A stretch of 64,000 bases of DNA from Alphaproteobacteria bacterium (GCA_965237415.1 CBDEFM010000002.1:288001-352000); one strand, 5' to 3'. Counted from the first letter of the stretch, positions 27,764 through 37,574 are shown. Notes: generated by a model from the sequence alone, not told the origin. Made by a program: numbers and translations.

Positions 27764-30094
27764 ATGGATATCGTTTCAGCCGGTGCGGCCCGCCCGATAC
27801 GCGGCGTGCGGCGGCCGGGTCTGCTCGCTCTCGCTCCGGGGGTCGAGCGCTACGTCGTGCCGGGGCGGAGCGCGCGGGCCATACGGATCGCGGGCGGCGA
27901 CATCATCCGCCTCGTCAATACTGAAGGCGCGCAGCCCTGCGAGCTGGTCTGCGCGGCCGAAGACGGCCGCTTTGCGGCGGACCTGCTGGGAGAAAGGGCT
28001 GGGGGCAGCGCCGCCGGTCTCCGCCGCCTGATCGCCGACGGTGCTGCACGTGTAGACCGCGACCTCACTGGTGCCTCGTCCCTCTACTTGTTCGGGCCGG
28101 AGACCCGCGCCGGCGAGGAAGTGTCATTCACTGCGACCGGCGCCGGCACGGTGATCGTGGCAGCGCCCGGCCTGCCGATGGCCGTCGACGGGCAGGACCC
28201 GCCGACGCCCATCGTCGTGTTCGTCGAACGCTTCGCTGGCGCACCTCCGGCGGGCGAGGCGATCCTTCCCGAGCCACTGGCGGACCCGCGTCTCGATCAG
28301 CGGATCGATCGCCGCACGGCGGCCAGTTACGAGGTGCGCGCCGGCGAGTGGATTCAGATCATCGACGTTGAGGGGCGGCAGTGCACGGACTTCCAGGCAT
28401 TTCATCGCGCACGGCTCGATGAGGGCGTCGAACGCTGCCTGGACGTGACGACCACTCGCACACTCATGGGTCTCGGCTATCCCCATCCGGGGCAGCGGGC
28501 CAAGTATCTCGACCAGGACTTCGTGGCGCTGGTCGAGGTGGTGCAGGACACATGCATGCGCCACGACGCCTTCGACCTCGCCTGTGCCGCCAAGTACTAC
28601 GAGGACCAGGGCTACCCCGGCCACGTCAATTGTTCGGACAATTTCAACACTGCCCTGGAGGCGTATGCGATTCAGCCGAGGCGCGGGTGGATGGCCATGA
28701 ACTTCTTCTACAATACCAAGGTCGACGGCCAGAACCTGTTCGTCCTCGACGAGCCGTGGTCGCGACCCGGCGACTACGTTCTTCTGCGGGCGCTCACCGA
28801 CCTGGTCTGCGTCTCATCCGCCTGCCCTGACGATATCGACGCGGTCAACGGCTGGAACCCCACCGACATTCACGTGCGCGTCTATCCGGCGACGGAGTCG
28901 TTCAAGCGCGCCGTCGGCCACCGCAAACAACCGGACGCGGACGTGACCATGACCAAGGAAACCGGCTTCCACGCCCGTACCAGCGGCCACACACGCGACT
29001 TCGTCGAATACAACGGCTACTGGCTGCCCAACAGCTACACGGGCGTCGGGCCGATTGCCGAATACTGGGCCTGTCGGGAACGCGTCGCCGCCATCGACCT
29101 CTCGCCGCTTCGAAAGTTCGAGGTGCTGGGACCGGGGGCGGAGGCGCTGCTGCAGCGTTGCCTGACCCGCAATGTGCGTAAGCTCGCGGCGGGCCAGGTC
29201 GTCTACACCGCCATGTGCTACGACACCGGCACGATGCTCGACGACGGAACCTTGTTCCGGCTGGGCCGGGACAACTTCCGTTGGATCGGCGGTTCAGACC
29301 GGGGCGGCGACTGGCTGCGCGAGCAGGCCGAGGCGCTCGGCCTCGACGTCTGGGTCCGCTCGTCGACCGATCAGCTCCACAACCTCTCCGTGCAGGGCCC
29401 CAACAGCCGGAAGGTGGTGGGCGAGATCGTCTGGACCCCGCCGGCCCAGCCAACCGTTCAGGAACTTGGATGGTTTCGCTTCTCCATCGGCCGGCTGGGC
29501 GACCCGGACGGCGCGGCCGTGCTGGTCTCGCGTACGGGCTACTCGGGTGAGCTCGGCTACGAGATTTTCTGCCACCCAAGCGATGGCGAGGCGGTGTGGG
29601 ATGCGGTCTGGGCGGCTGGCGAGCCGCACGGGCTCAGCCCGCTCGGCCTGGAGGCGCTCGACATCCTTCGGATCGAGGCGGGGCTGATCTTTTCGGGCTA
29701 CGAGTTCGACGATCAGACGGACCCCTTCGAGGCCGGGATCGGCTTTGCCGTGCCGCTCAAGTCGAAGGAGGACGACTTCATCGGCAAGGCGGCGCTGGTC
29801 AAGCGCAAGGTCAGTCCTCAGCGCGCCCTGGTGGGCCTCGAACTCGCGAGCGACGAGGTCGCGGGCCACGGCGATTGCGTGTTCGTCGGCCGCCACCGGG
29901 TGGGCGTCGTCACGTCGGGCACCCGCTCGCCGATGACGGGAAAATCCATCGCGCTCTCACGCATGGCGGTGGAACACGCAGGCCACGGGACCGCCGTCGA
30001 GGTCGGCAAGCTTGACGGCGTACGGAAGCGTCTTGAAGCGACCGTCGTCCCGTTCCCCTTCTACGATCCCGACAAGTCGCGAGTCAGGATGTAG
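27764..30094 (+). CDS. tdm: TMAO demethylase (DUF1989 plus GcvT-like aminomethyltransferase domain)
   Basis: IIDVEGRQCTDF, HDAFDLAC..GHVNCSDNFN, SACPDD (Cys/His spacing as in Tdm metal ligands), DLSPLRKFEV, SRTGYSGELGYE, RIEAG. Confidence 0.9.
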   Translation: MDIVSAGAARPIRGVRRPGLLALAPGVERYVVPGRSARAIRIAGGDIIRLVNTEGAQPCELVCAAEDGRFAADLLGERAGGSAAGLRRLIADGAARVDRDLTGASSLYLFGPETRAGEEVSFTATGAGTVIVAAPGLPMAVDGQDPPTPIVVFVERFAGAPPAGEAILPEPLADPRLDQRIDRRTAASYEVRAGEWIQIIDVEGRQCTDFQAFHRARLDEGVERCLDVTTTRTLMGLGYPHPGQRAKYLDQDFVALVEVVQDTCMRHDAFDLACAAKYYEDQGYPGHVNCSDNFNTALEAYAIQPRRGWMAMNFFYNTKVDGQNLFVLDEPWSRPGDYVLLRALTDLVCVSSACPDDIDAVNGWNPTDIHVRVYPATESFKRAVGHRKQPDADVTMTKETGFHARTSGHTRDFVEYNGYWLPNSYTGVGPIAEYWACRERVAAIDLSPLRKFEVLGPGAEALLQRCLTRNVRKLAAGQVVYTAMCYDTGTMLDDGTLFRLGRDNFRWIGGSDRGGDWLREQAEALGLDVWVRSSTDQLHNLSVQGPNSRKVVGEIVWTPPAQPTVQELGWFRFSIGRLGDPDGAAVLVSRTGYSGELGYEIFCHPSDGEAVWDAVWAAGEPHGLSPLGLEALDILRIEAGLIFSGYEFDDQTDPFEAGIGFAVPLKSKEDDFIGKAALVKRKVSPQRALVGLELASDEVAGHGDCVFVGRHRVGVVTSGTRSPMTGKSIALSRMAVEHAGHGTAVEVGKLDGVRKRLEATVVPFPFYDPDKSRVRM

Positions 30095-31517
30095 TCCACG
30101 CAGGCCTGCGGGCGATCCAGGGCCGCGCCTCTTCGAGCTGGGCGGCGAAGCGGAACAGCGTGGCCTCGTCTCCGTATCGGGCGATAGCCTGCACCGCGAC
30201 AGGGAAGCCGCTCTCCGTCACGCCGAGCGGGATCATCATCGCGGGCTGGCCGGTGAGATTGAACCACACTGTGAACGGGCTGAAGCTGAACACCCTCCGC
30301 CAATACTCCTCGAGATCGTCCATCATCATGTCGAGCCAACCGAGCTTCGGCGGCAACGTGCCGAGGCCGGGCGTGAGCAGAACGTCCCAGTTCTGGTGGA
30401 AAGCCGCCATCTGGCGACCGATGCGGTGGGCGGTGTGGACCGCCGCCATGTACGCCTCGCCGTCGATCCCCTCGGCAAGCTTGGCCGTGTCGGCAACCAC
30501 GGTCTCCAGCTCGCCCGGTTGGGGGGTGCGGCCGGCGGGATGCGCGCGCACCAGATAGAGAATTTGAATCGCGCTGATGGTGCGGAACGTGGGCACCACA
30601 TCGGCCCCGTCGATCGCGGGATCGACCTCGTCCACCCGATGGCCGAGGTCGGCACAGAGCGACGCCGTCTTCCGCAGGACACGGAGCGGGTCGGCCTCCA
30701 CCGGCGCTCCGTTCGGTGCCTGGCTCGTCATCGCGATACGCAACGTGCCGGGATCGGCGCCGACCTCATCGAGAAACGGGCGGGCCGGCGGCGGCGCGAT
30801 GTAGGGATCGCCCGGCCCGGGCCCGGCGGTCGCATCGAGGAGCGCCGCGCTGTCGCGCACCGTGAGCGATACCGCGTGCTCGATGGCCAGCCCCGCGAGC
30901 GATTCGCCGAAATAGGGCGCCATGGTGTTGCGCGCCCGAGTCGGGCGCAGGCCGACCAGGCCGCAGGAGGCCGCCGGCGCGCGGATCGAGCCGAAGCCGT
31001 CCGAGGCATGGGCGATGGGCAGCATGCGCGCGGCCACCGCCGCCGCAGCGCCGCCGCTGGAGCCCGCCGGCGTCCGCTCCAGGTCCCAGGGATTGCGCGA
31101 GGGGCCATAAAGCTGGGGCTCACAAGTCAGGCTCAAGCCGAGCTCGCAGCTGCTCGTCTTGCCGTAGATCACCATGCCGGCCCGCTTGAGCCGGGCGACA
31201 TGGAGGCTGTCCTCGGTTGCAGGCGGAAGGTCGGCGAAGAAGCGGCTGCCCCGCGCGGTCCTGGCGCCGGCGAGCGCCGAGCCGAGATCCTTGAGCAGGA
31301 ACGGCACGCCTGTGAACGGCCCATCCGGCAGGCCCGCCGCAATGGCCTGCGCGGCGAGGTCGTAGAGCTCCATCACGACCGCATTGATGGCGGGGTTGCG
31401 TGCTTCGACACGCGCGATGGCTGCTTCCAGCACCTCCGTCGCGCTCGCCTCGCCCGTCTTCACGAGCGCCGCGAGACCCAGCGCATCGTATGACTCGAAC
31501 TCCGCGAAGCCGTTCAT
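30084..31517 (-). CDS. Amidase (amidase-signature family)
   Basis: GPFTGVPFLLKDL, GSSGGAAAAVA, SDGFGSIRAPAASCGLVG, NLTGQPA. Confidence 0.92.
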   Translation of the reverse strand: MNGFAEFESYDALGLAALVKTGEASATEVLEAAIARVEARNPAINAVVMELYDLAAQAIAAGLPDGPFTGVPFLLKDLGSALAGARTARGSRFFADLPPATEDSLHVARLKRAGMVIYGKTSSCELGLSLTCEPQLYGPSRNPWDLERTPAGSSGGAAAAVAARMLPIAHASDGFGSIRAPAASCGLVGLRPTRARNTMAPYFGESLAGLAIEHAVSLTVRDSAALLDATAGPGPGDPYIAPPPARPFLDEVGADPGTLRIAMTSQAPNGAPVEADPLRVLRKTASLCADLGHRVDEVDPAIDGADVVPTFRTISAIQILYLVRAHPAGRTPQPGELETVVADTAKLAEGIDGEAYMAAVHTAHRIGRQMAAFHQNWDVLLTPGLGTLPPKLGWLDMMMDDLEEYWRRVFSFSPFTVWFNLTGQPAMMIPLGVTESGFPVAVQAIARYGDEATLFRFAAQLEEARPWIARRPAWTTS

Positions 31518-31579
31518 GATGCGTCCCTCCGCTGCTATCGCATCATACTCTAACCGTAGTCTGCCGAGGCCTCGACCGC

Positions 31580-32078
31580 CGGAACGCTGGGTGTTCTGGT
31601 CCCCATCGTGTTGATCGCGATTTATGCGCTCATCGCGGCCTTCCTGCGCAGCTACTGGAAGCCGATTATCGCGGTCGTGGGAGTTCCAATCGCATTTGCC
31701 GGTGCGATCGTGAGCCACTGGATCCTCGGGTGGAATCTGACAACCATGTCAGTGTTCGGCATGATCGCTGTCGGCGGCGTGGTGGTGAACGACGCTCTGG
31801 TCCTGTTGGACCGTTACAATAAGATCCGACGAGAAAACGAGATGATTCCCGCCATCGCCGCGGCATCGCCGGCAACGCGTCAGCGTTGCCGGGCGGTATT
31901 TTTGACGAGCCTGACCACTATATTGGTGTTGTCGGCTTTGCTTTACGAGCGCGGTGACGAGCTGATTGCCTTCGTCCCGTTTGTCGTCAGCATGTTGGGC
32001 GGCCTTGTGGCCTCCACACTGTCGATCCTGTTCGTTTTGCCGGCCCTGGTCATGATTGCCGAGGGTCGCCGGGAATAG
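31580..32078 (+). pseudogene. C-terminal remnant of an AcrB/AcrD/AcrF RND permease
   Basis: IYALIAAFLRSYWKP, GVVVNDALVL, RQRCRAVFLTSLTT, GGLVASTLSILFVLPAL correspond to the last TM helices of a ~1000-aa RND pump. Only ~160 codons remain. Confidence 0.75.
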
Positions 32079-32223
32079 TGCCGGTTGGGTCCAGTAAACG
32101 TTCTTGGATTAATCTTTCGTTCGAGTGTCGGTACACGCGGTGCTTGCGGTTAGCTATCTCCTGGCGACGAGGCCCGAGATCGGACCGGGCGTCAAAGTCC
32201 ACGTGCGGTGACCGCGCACTGAT

Positions 32224-32697
32224 CTACGCCTTCACGATCGTCGGTTGGTGATCGACGGGGAAGCTGACTGAGCGGGCGACGAAGCAATTGGCGTTGGCTG
32301 TCTCGTGCAGATGGGCTGCTTTCTCGGCATCGCTTTGGGCCGTGATCGTCACGCGGGGCCTGAGGATGACCCGCGTGAATTCGCCGGCACCGTCGGGAGG
32401 GTGGGTCTGCATGACGCCCTCGGTCGCATCTTCATACGCCGTGACCACGACGCCGGCGGTCGAGCAAAGGTGCAGATACCAGAGCATGTGACAGGCCGAG
32501 AGCGCCGCCACCAGCATGTCCTCTGGATTGTGCCGGCCCGCATCGCCCCGATAGGCCGGGTCGGCCGACCCCCGAATCAGCGGCTTTCCAGGGCAGGCGA
32601 TGTCGTGGTCGCGCGTGTACGTCTTGTACCCCGACGTCCCGTCGCCGCAATTCCCGGTCCAGGTCACCGTCGCGCTGTAGGTGTGCTCCTGTGTCAT
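32224..32697 (-). CDS. OsmC/Ohr family protein
   Basis: VTWTGN, GSADPAYRGD, NPEDMLVAALSACHMLWYL, ANCFVARSV. Confidence 0.9.
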   Translation of the reverse strand: MTQEHTYSATVTWTGNCGDGTSGYKTYTRDHDIACPGKPLIRGSADPAYRGDAGRHNPEDMLVAALSACHMLWYLHLCSTAGVVVTAYEDATEGVMQTHPPDGAGEFTRVILRPRVTITAQSDAEKAAHLHETANANCFVARSVSFPVDHQPTIVKA

Positions 32698-32724
32698 GGC
32701 CTACTCCCTCAGTCCTGAACGTGC

Positions 32725-32761
32725 GGCGCCGGCCGGTGTCGTTTCACGACCGGCCGGCGCC
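32725..32761. terminator. GC-rich hairpin downstream of the spondin-like gene
   Basis: GGCGCCGGCCGGT-loop-ACCGGCCGGCGCC, perfect 13-bp stem. Confidence 0.55.
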
Positions 32762-32780
32762 CAACAAGCGCTAAGGAACG

Positions 32781-33314
32781 CTACTTCGCGCTGACTTGCA
32801 CGGTCGCGACCGCTTCAGCGACGGGCTCGATGGTCTTGCGACCTTCATCGTAGCCGATGTCGAAGCGATCGAGCGCGACAGACACGGGCTCGCCGTTCAG
32901 CGAAACGACCGCCGTCACGTAGTGATCCTCGTACATTGTGGGTGCCACCATCGCCAGCACGCGGACCTTCGGCGCGTGGCTCGAAATTGCGAAGGTGACC
33001 GATTTTCCAGGAGCGAGAAGAACGCCGGGCGGGCCGTCCATGCCGTGCCCGACCGAGGCGTCGTCGCCGATCGCTGCCGCGAGCATTCCGGGATTCCCGG
33101 TCAGGATCTGGTGCTCGGCTTCCTTCGAGACGTAGCTCTCAACGAAGATCTTGCCGTCTTCCGACACCGGCGCCACCAGCACCGGCGCGAGAAGTTCTTC
33201 GTCCATATTGTTCGTTACAGTGACCTCGTAGGGCGTATGATCAGACGCAACGCTTGCGCTGGTCATTAGACCGACGGCTGCAGCGATTGCCGTCAAACCC
33301 AAAAGATAATTCAT
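32781..33314 (-). CDS. Secreted protein, spondin-N-domain-like
   Basis: RBS AAGGAGA, Sec signal; YEVTVTN..LAPVLVA, LAPGKSVTF, LAMVAPT..D resemble bacterial spondin-domain proteins. Confidence 0.6.
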   Translation of the reverse strand: MNYLLGLTAIAAAVGLMTSASVASDHTPYEVTVTNNMDEELLAPVLVAPVSEDGKIFVESYVSKEAEHQILTGNPGMLAAAIGDDASVGHGMDGPPGVLLAPGKSVTFAISSHAPKVRVLAMVAPTMYEDHYVTAVVSLNGEPVSVALDRFDIGYDEGRKTIEPVAEAVATVQVSAK

Positions 33315-33647
33315 GCGCGTTTTCTCCTTCGCATGGGAGGCATTGCGCGAGCCCTCGACCGCAAAGATCAGGGGCGGCGCGATCCCCATTTCGCCTGCGG
33401 AATGCTCTTCCCGGGCCCGAAGTCCGCGGCGCATTCCGATCTTTCAGAGGTAGGTATGGCCCAACTCCGTTACAACAGGGCGCGAGCCTTCACAGGCTCC
33501 GTGTGCGTGCGCCCCCCTCACGTACCGCGCTGACGACCTCCCCATTTGCGAACCGTAGCTCGGCCGGGCAGACTCCGATCGGCAACGCGCAGACGCGCGG
33601 GGCACCGTCGCCGCCAACCCCACCTGAACGATCGCGGAGCGCGCGGA

Positions 33648-34556
33648 ATGGCAGAGGCAACAGCAGAAAAGCCCAACGAGCCCATCGTCTACCTCAACGG
33701 AGACTTCGTGCCGCTCGGCGAGGCCAAGATCTCCGTGCTCGACCAGGGATTCCTCCTCGGCGATGGAGTCTTCGACGTGGTCTCGGCCTGGCGTGGCTCG
33801 ATCTTCAAGCTCGATCAGCATATCGAGCGCTTCTTCGATTCGCTGCGCGCGACGCGTCTGGAAACGACGATGACCCGCGATAACTGGCGCGCCGCGATCG
33901 TCCAGACCTGCCGGCGCAACGGTCTGCGCGATGCCAGCATCCGCTTCATCGTGACTCGCGGCGCGCCCAACGCCGTCGTCGCCGACCCGCGCGACTTCGA
34001 ACCCACACGTATTGTCTGGGCCGCGCCTTACATCTTCCTCGCCGACGATGCGACACGGCGCACGGGCATTCGTCTCCACATCACCCATCTGCGGGCGTTC
34101 TCTCCCGATACGCTCGACGCCCGCTACAAATGCCTCGATCGCCTGCACTCGCAGATGGCGCGAATCGAGGCGTTGGAAGCCGGCTATGACGACGTAATCT
34201 GGCTCGACCAGGCGGGCTATGCGTGCGAGGGGCCGGCTTCCAACATCTTTGCCGTCAAGGACGACGTGGTGCGCACGCCAGGGCGCAACGTGCTGCGCGG
34301 CATCACGCGCCAGACCTTCATCGAACTCGCCAAGGACGCAGGCCTGCCGCTCGTCGAATGCGACTTGACCGCCTTCGACCTCTACGCCGCCGACGAGGTT
34401 TTCACGTGCAGCACTGCCGGCGGTGCCTTGGCGGTGCGCGAGATCGCCGGCCGTCGGCTCCCCCAACCTTGCCCCGGCCCGATCACCGAGCGCCTCGACC
34501 GCCTCTATTGGGCGCTGCGGGATTCAGGCGCCCACGGCACGCCGGTGTTCGACTGA
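33648..34556 (+). CDS. Class IV PLP aminotransferase (BCAT/DAAT/R-amine transaminase family)
   Basis: YLNGDFVP, ISVLDQGFLLGDGVFD, EGPASNIF, LRGITRQ, ADEVFTCSTAGG. Confidence 0.9.
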   Translation: MAEATAEKPNEPIVYLNGDFVPLGEAKISVLDQGFLLGDGVFDVVSAWRGSIFKLDQHIERFFDSLRATRLETTMTRDNWRAAIVQTCRRNGLRDASIRFIVTRGAPNAVVADPRDFEPTRIVWAAPYIFLADDATRRTGIRLHITHLRAFSPDTLDARYKCLDRLHSQMARIEALEAGYDDVIWLDQAGYACEGPASNIFAVKDDVVRTPGRNVLRGITRQTFIELAKDAGLPLVECDLTAFDLYAADEVFTCSTAGGALAVREIAGRRLPQPCPGPITERLDRLYWALRDSGAHGTPVFD

Positions 34557-34586
34557 CCGTTTGCAACCGGGAAATCGGGCTGCATC

Positions 34587-35588
34587 TTATCGAGTTGGCC
34601 CCGAATAGGGCTCCCGGTCGTCATAGAGTGCTGCTTCGAACGCCCGCAGACGCTTGTAGACGGAGATCAGTTCGACGATGACCGTCCAACTGTGCACGAG
34701 GAACTGAAAAGCGGACTCGACACGCCCGAAGGCGCGGACGATTTGCTGCATCACGCCGAGGGTTATGGTGCCGGCGACGATGGTCGGAGCCAGCGCGATA
34801 TAGGGGATCAGGACGGCGAATTGAAGATAGGACCATTTTGCAATATCGAAGTACATGTAATGGAAGAAAAGTCGGAAATAGTTTCGCCGAACGCTGAAAA
34901 ACAGTTCGCGTACCGTCGGCGGGTCGGCCCGCTCCTCGTGGTCTTCGCCGTAAACCAGCTCCTTTCGGTACGCGGCTTCGACCATTTGGTTCTTGAACTC
35001 TAATCCCGGCAACTTGATGCCGACGGCGGCGAGCACTGCCGTGCCGAACAGCGCCAGGATGATGGCGGCATAGACCAGCGCATGGTCCAGCGGTCCGATT
35101 ACCGGCACTACCTTAATCGCTTTCGACAGCTCCCAGAGGATCGGCAGGAAGGCGAACAACGTCATGATGGCATCCAGGAGCCGGCTACCCAGCGATTCCA
35201 TGATGATGGCGAAACGGCGGGTATCTTCCTGAATGCGCTGGCTTGCGCCTTCGATATGGCGCAGGCGCGCCCATCGGGCCATATAAAAGTCGTTCATGGC
35301 GTGGCGCCAGCGGAAGACCCAATGCTTTGTGAAGAAGCTCAGCAGAACGGCGATGACGATGTAAATTCCTGCGATGCGCGCGAAGGTGAATATCAGCACG
35401 TAGAACTCTTCAATGGTCATGCTGCCCGGTTCGCCCAGTGCTTTCTGGACAGCGTCGTAGAATTCACCGAACCACTCGTTAATTTGAACGTCGATCTGAA
35501 CTTGATACCAGGTGCCGCCAATGATGATCGCCATGCCACCCCAGGCCCACAGCGCCCATTCGCGGGAAAGAAAGAAAGACCGGAACAT
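34587..35588 (-). CDS. SbmA/BacA-like peptide transporter
   Basis: MFRSFF, VQIDVQINEWFGEFYDAVQKAL, HWVFRWR, IEGASQRIQEDT, VEAAYRKELVYGED, ELISVYKRLRAFE. Confidence 0.85.
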   Translation of the reverse strand: MFRSFFLSREWALWAWGGMAIIIGGTWYQVQIDVQINEWFGEFYDAVQKALGEPGSMTIEEFYVLIFTFARIAGIYIVIAVLLSFFTKHWVFRWRHAMNDFYMARWARLRHIEGASQRIQEDTRRFAIIMESLGSRLLDAIMTLFAFLPILWELSKAIKVVPVIGPLDHALVYAAIILALFGTAVLAAVGIKLPGLEFKNQMVEAAYRKELVYGEDHEERADPPTVRELFFSVRRNYFRLFFHYMYFDIAKWSYLQFAVLIPYIALAPTIVAGTITLGVMQQIVRAFGRVESAFQFLVHSWTVIVELISVYKRLRAFEAALYDDREPYSGPTR

Positions 35589-35820
35589 GAAACCTCCCTT
35601 GAACCCATATCGGCCGTGAGGGATTTGAATGTCAAATTAACACTTCGTAATACATTGCCAGTTCGTGGTGCAAGAATTTGTGTTAGCGTTATTTCGTGAA
35701 CAAGAATACTTGTGTGTCCATGAGAACCGAGTGATTCGCCTTCTTCGCTTCCAATTCACGAAAATGTGTGGGGGAACTTCCGCAAGCACGCGCAAGGTAT
35801 TGCTGGGTTGGCGGCGCCTC

Positions 35821-36276
35821 TCAGCCCCAATAGTGGCCAGTGGTGGCGATTACCAGGGTTACGATCCCCAGTGCCAGATTGACGGCGATGGTCCAACGAA
35901 TTCGCTCGATGGCGCGGCCGGCCGCCGGCAGGACGCCTGCGTCGAGCGCCTTGAGAAACGCGCGATAAGGCCCCACCAGGAGCGCCAGGTAGATCAACGC
36001 CATGAGCACGCCGGTGCCCTGCATCAGATGCACGGAGAGCCCGATCCCGGAGAAGCCGCCGAGCTCGACGAGGATCATCGCGTGGCCGGTGGCAAGCAGC
36101 GCGAGCACAGCGATGCCCACGGCCGGGAAAAAACGCGCAAACACCCGGCGCCATAGCGCGAGCCGCACCGCAGGCTCCAACGGGCCTGCCGCCGGCCGCA
36201 GCACGATCAGCGCGAAAAACATCCCGCCGACCCAGACGACCGCGCTCAAGAGATGGATGGTGACAAGATAGGCCAT
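35821..36276 (-). CDS. CopD/DUF4149-like four-TM membrane protein
   Basis: HLLSAVVWVGGMFFA.IVLRPA and four hydrophobic segments. Confidence 0.75.
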   Translation of the reverse strand: MAYLVTIHLLSAVVWVGGMFFALIVLRPAAGPLEPAVRLALWRRVFARFFPAVGIAVLALLATGHAMILVELGGFSGIGLSVHLMQGTGVLMALIYLALLVGPYRAFLKALDAGVLPAAGRAIERIRWTIAVNLALGIVTLVIATTGHYWG

Positions 36277-36357
36277 GGCTCATCCTCGCTGGCTCCCAGC
36301 GGGCTCGTACCACGGAGCCGTGGCGGAGGCCACGGTGTGTTAATCCGCCTTCGTCAA

Positions 36358-36387
36358 TTGACAAGCCCTTCGGCAGCACTATCTAAT
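36358..36387 (+). promoter_or_regulatory. Putative sigma70 promoter of erpA-xth
   Basis: TTGACA at 36358 followed 16 bp later by TATCTA(AT). Confidence 0.45.
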
Positions 36388-36421
36388 CACTAGCAGGTCG
36401 CACGCAGGATCACCTATCGCC

Positions 36422-36796
36422 ATGGCACGCTCATTCGACGCAATGGAATCTCTCGCCGCCGGGGAGGGGGAGATCACGCTCTCCGCCCGCGCCGCCCGGC
36501 GGATCGCGATGCTGATTGCCAGCGAGGCCGATTCGGGGACGATGCTCCGGGTCAGCGTTTCCGGTGGCGGGTGCTCCGGCTTCCAATACGGCTTCGGTTT
36601 CGAGACCGAACAACGGCCGGATGACATCGCCATCGAGCGGGACGGCATCGTGGCGCTCGTGGACCGGGTCTCGGCCGGCTACATGGCGGGCTCGGAGATC
36701 GATTATGTGGAGGACCTGATCGGCGCCTCATTCCAGGTGGAGAACCCGAACGCGGTCTCCGGCTGCGGCTGCGGCACGTCCTTTTCCCTCGTCTGA
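36422..36796 (+). CDS. erpA: A-type Fe-S cluster carrier ErpA/IscA
   Basis: LRVSVSGGGCSGFQYGF, NPNAVSGCGCGTSF. Confidence 0.88.
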   Translation: MARSFDAMESLAAGEGEITLSARAARRIAMLIASEADSGTMLRVSVSGGGCSGFQYGFGFETEQRPDDIAIERDGIVALVDRVSAGYMAGSEIDYVEDLIGASFQVENPNAVSGCGCGTSFSLV

Positions 36797-36800
36797 GTCC

Positions 36801-37574
36801 GTGCTCAAGATCGCGACCTGGAACGTCAATTCGATCAAGGTCCGTCTGCCCGCGCTGCTGGATTGGCTGGGCAGCGCGCAGCCGGACGTGGTGCTGCTGC
36901 AGGAAACCAAATCCCTCGACGAGGCCTTCCCGCGCCTCGAGATCGAAGACTGCGGCTACAACCTCGCCGTCCACGGGCAGAAGACCTACAACGGCGTCGC
37001 GATCCTCAGCAAACGGCCGTTGGAGGATGTCTTCATCGGCCTCCCCGGCGACGAGGACGATCACCAAGCCCGCTATGTCGAGGCCGTGACCGGCGGCGTC
37101 CGGGTCGCTTCGATCTATCTGCCCAACGGAAATCCAGTCGAGACAGAGAAGTTCCCCTACAAGCTTGGGTGGATGGACCGGCTTGCCGCCCGCGCTGAGA
37201 TCCTGCACGGCTACGAGGAAGTGGTCGTGCTCGGCGGCGACTACAACGTCCTCCCGGCCGATCTCGATTGCTACGACCCGCAAGCCTGGCGCGACGACGC
37301 GCTCTGCCGCACCGAATCGCGCGCCCGCTTCCGTACCCTGCTCCACAGCGGTTACGTGGAGGCGTTCCGAACGCTCCACCCGAACCGGCGGGCCTACACC
37401 TTCTGGGACTATCAGGCCGGACGCTGGCAGAGGGGCGAGGGGTTGCGCATCGACCATCTGCTGCTTTCGCCGGAGGCGGCCGACCGCCTGGACGCCAGCG
37501 AGATCGACACGGGCCCGCGCGGCGGCGTGAAAGCCTCGGACCACACGCCGATCTGGTGCACGCTGCGGGAATGA
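36801..37574 (+). CDS. xth: Exodeoxyribonuclease III
   Basis: ATWNVNSI, LQETK, YNGVAILS, YLPNG, GDYNV, RIDHLL, SDHTP. Confidence 0.95.
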   Translation: MLKIATWNVNSIKVRLPALLDWLGSAQPDVVLLQETKSLDEAFPRLEIEDCGYNLAVHGQKTYNGVAILSKRPLEDVFIGLPGDEDDHQARYVEAVTGGVRVASIYLPNGNPVETEKFPYKLGWMDRLAARAEILHGYEEVVVLGGDYNVLPADLDCYDPQAWRDDALCRTESRARFRTLLHSGYVEAFRTLHPNRRAYTFWDYQAGRWQRGEGLRIDHLLLSPEAADRLDASEIDTGPRGGVKASDHTPIWCTLRE

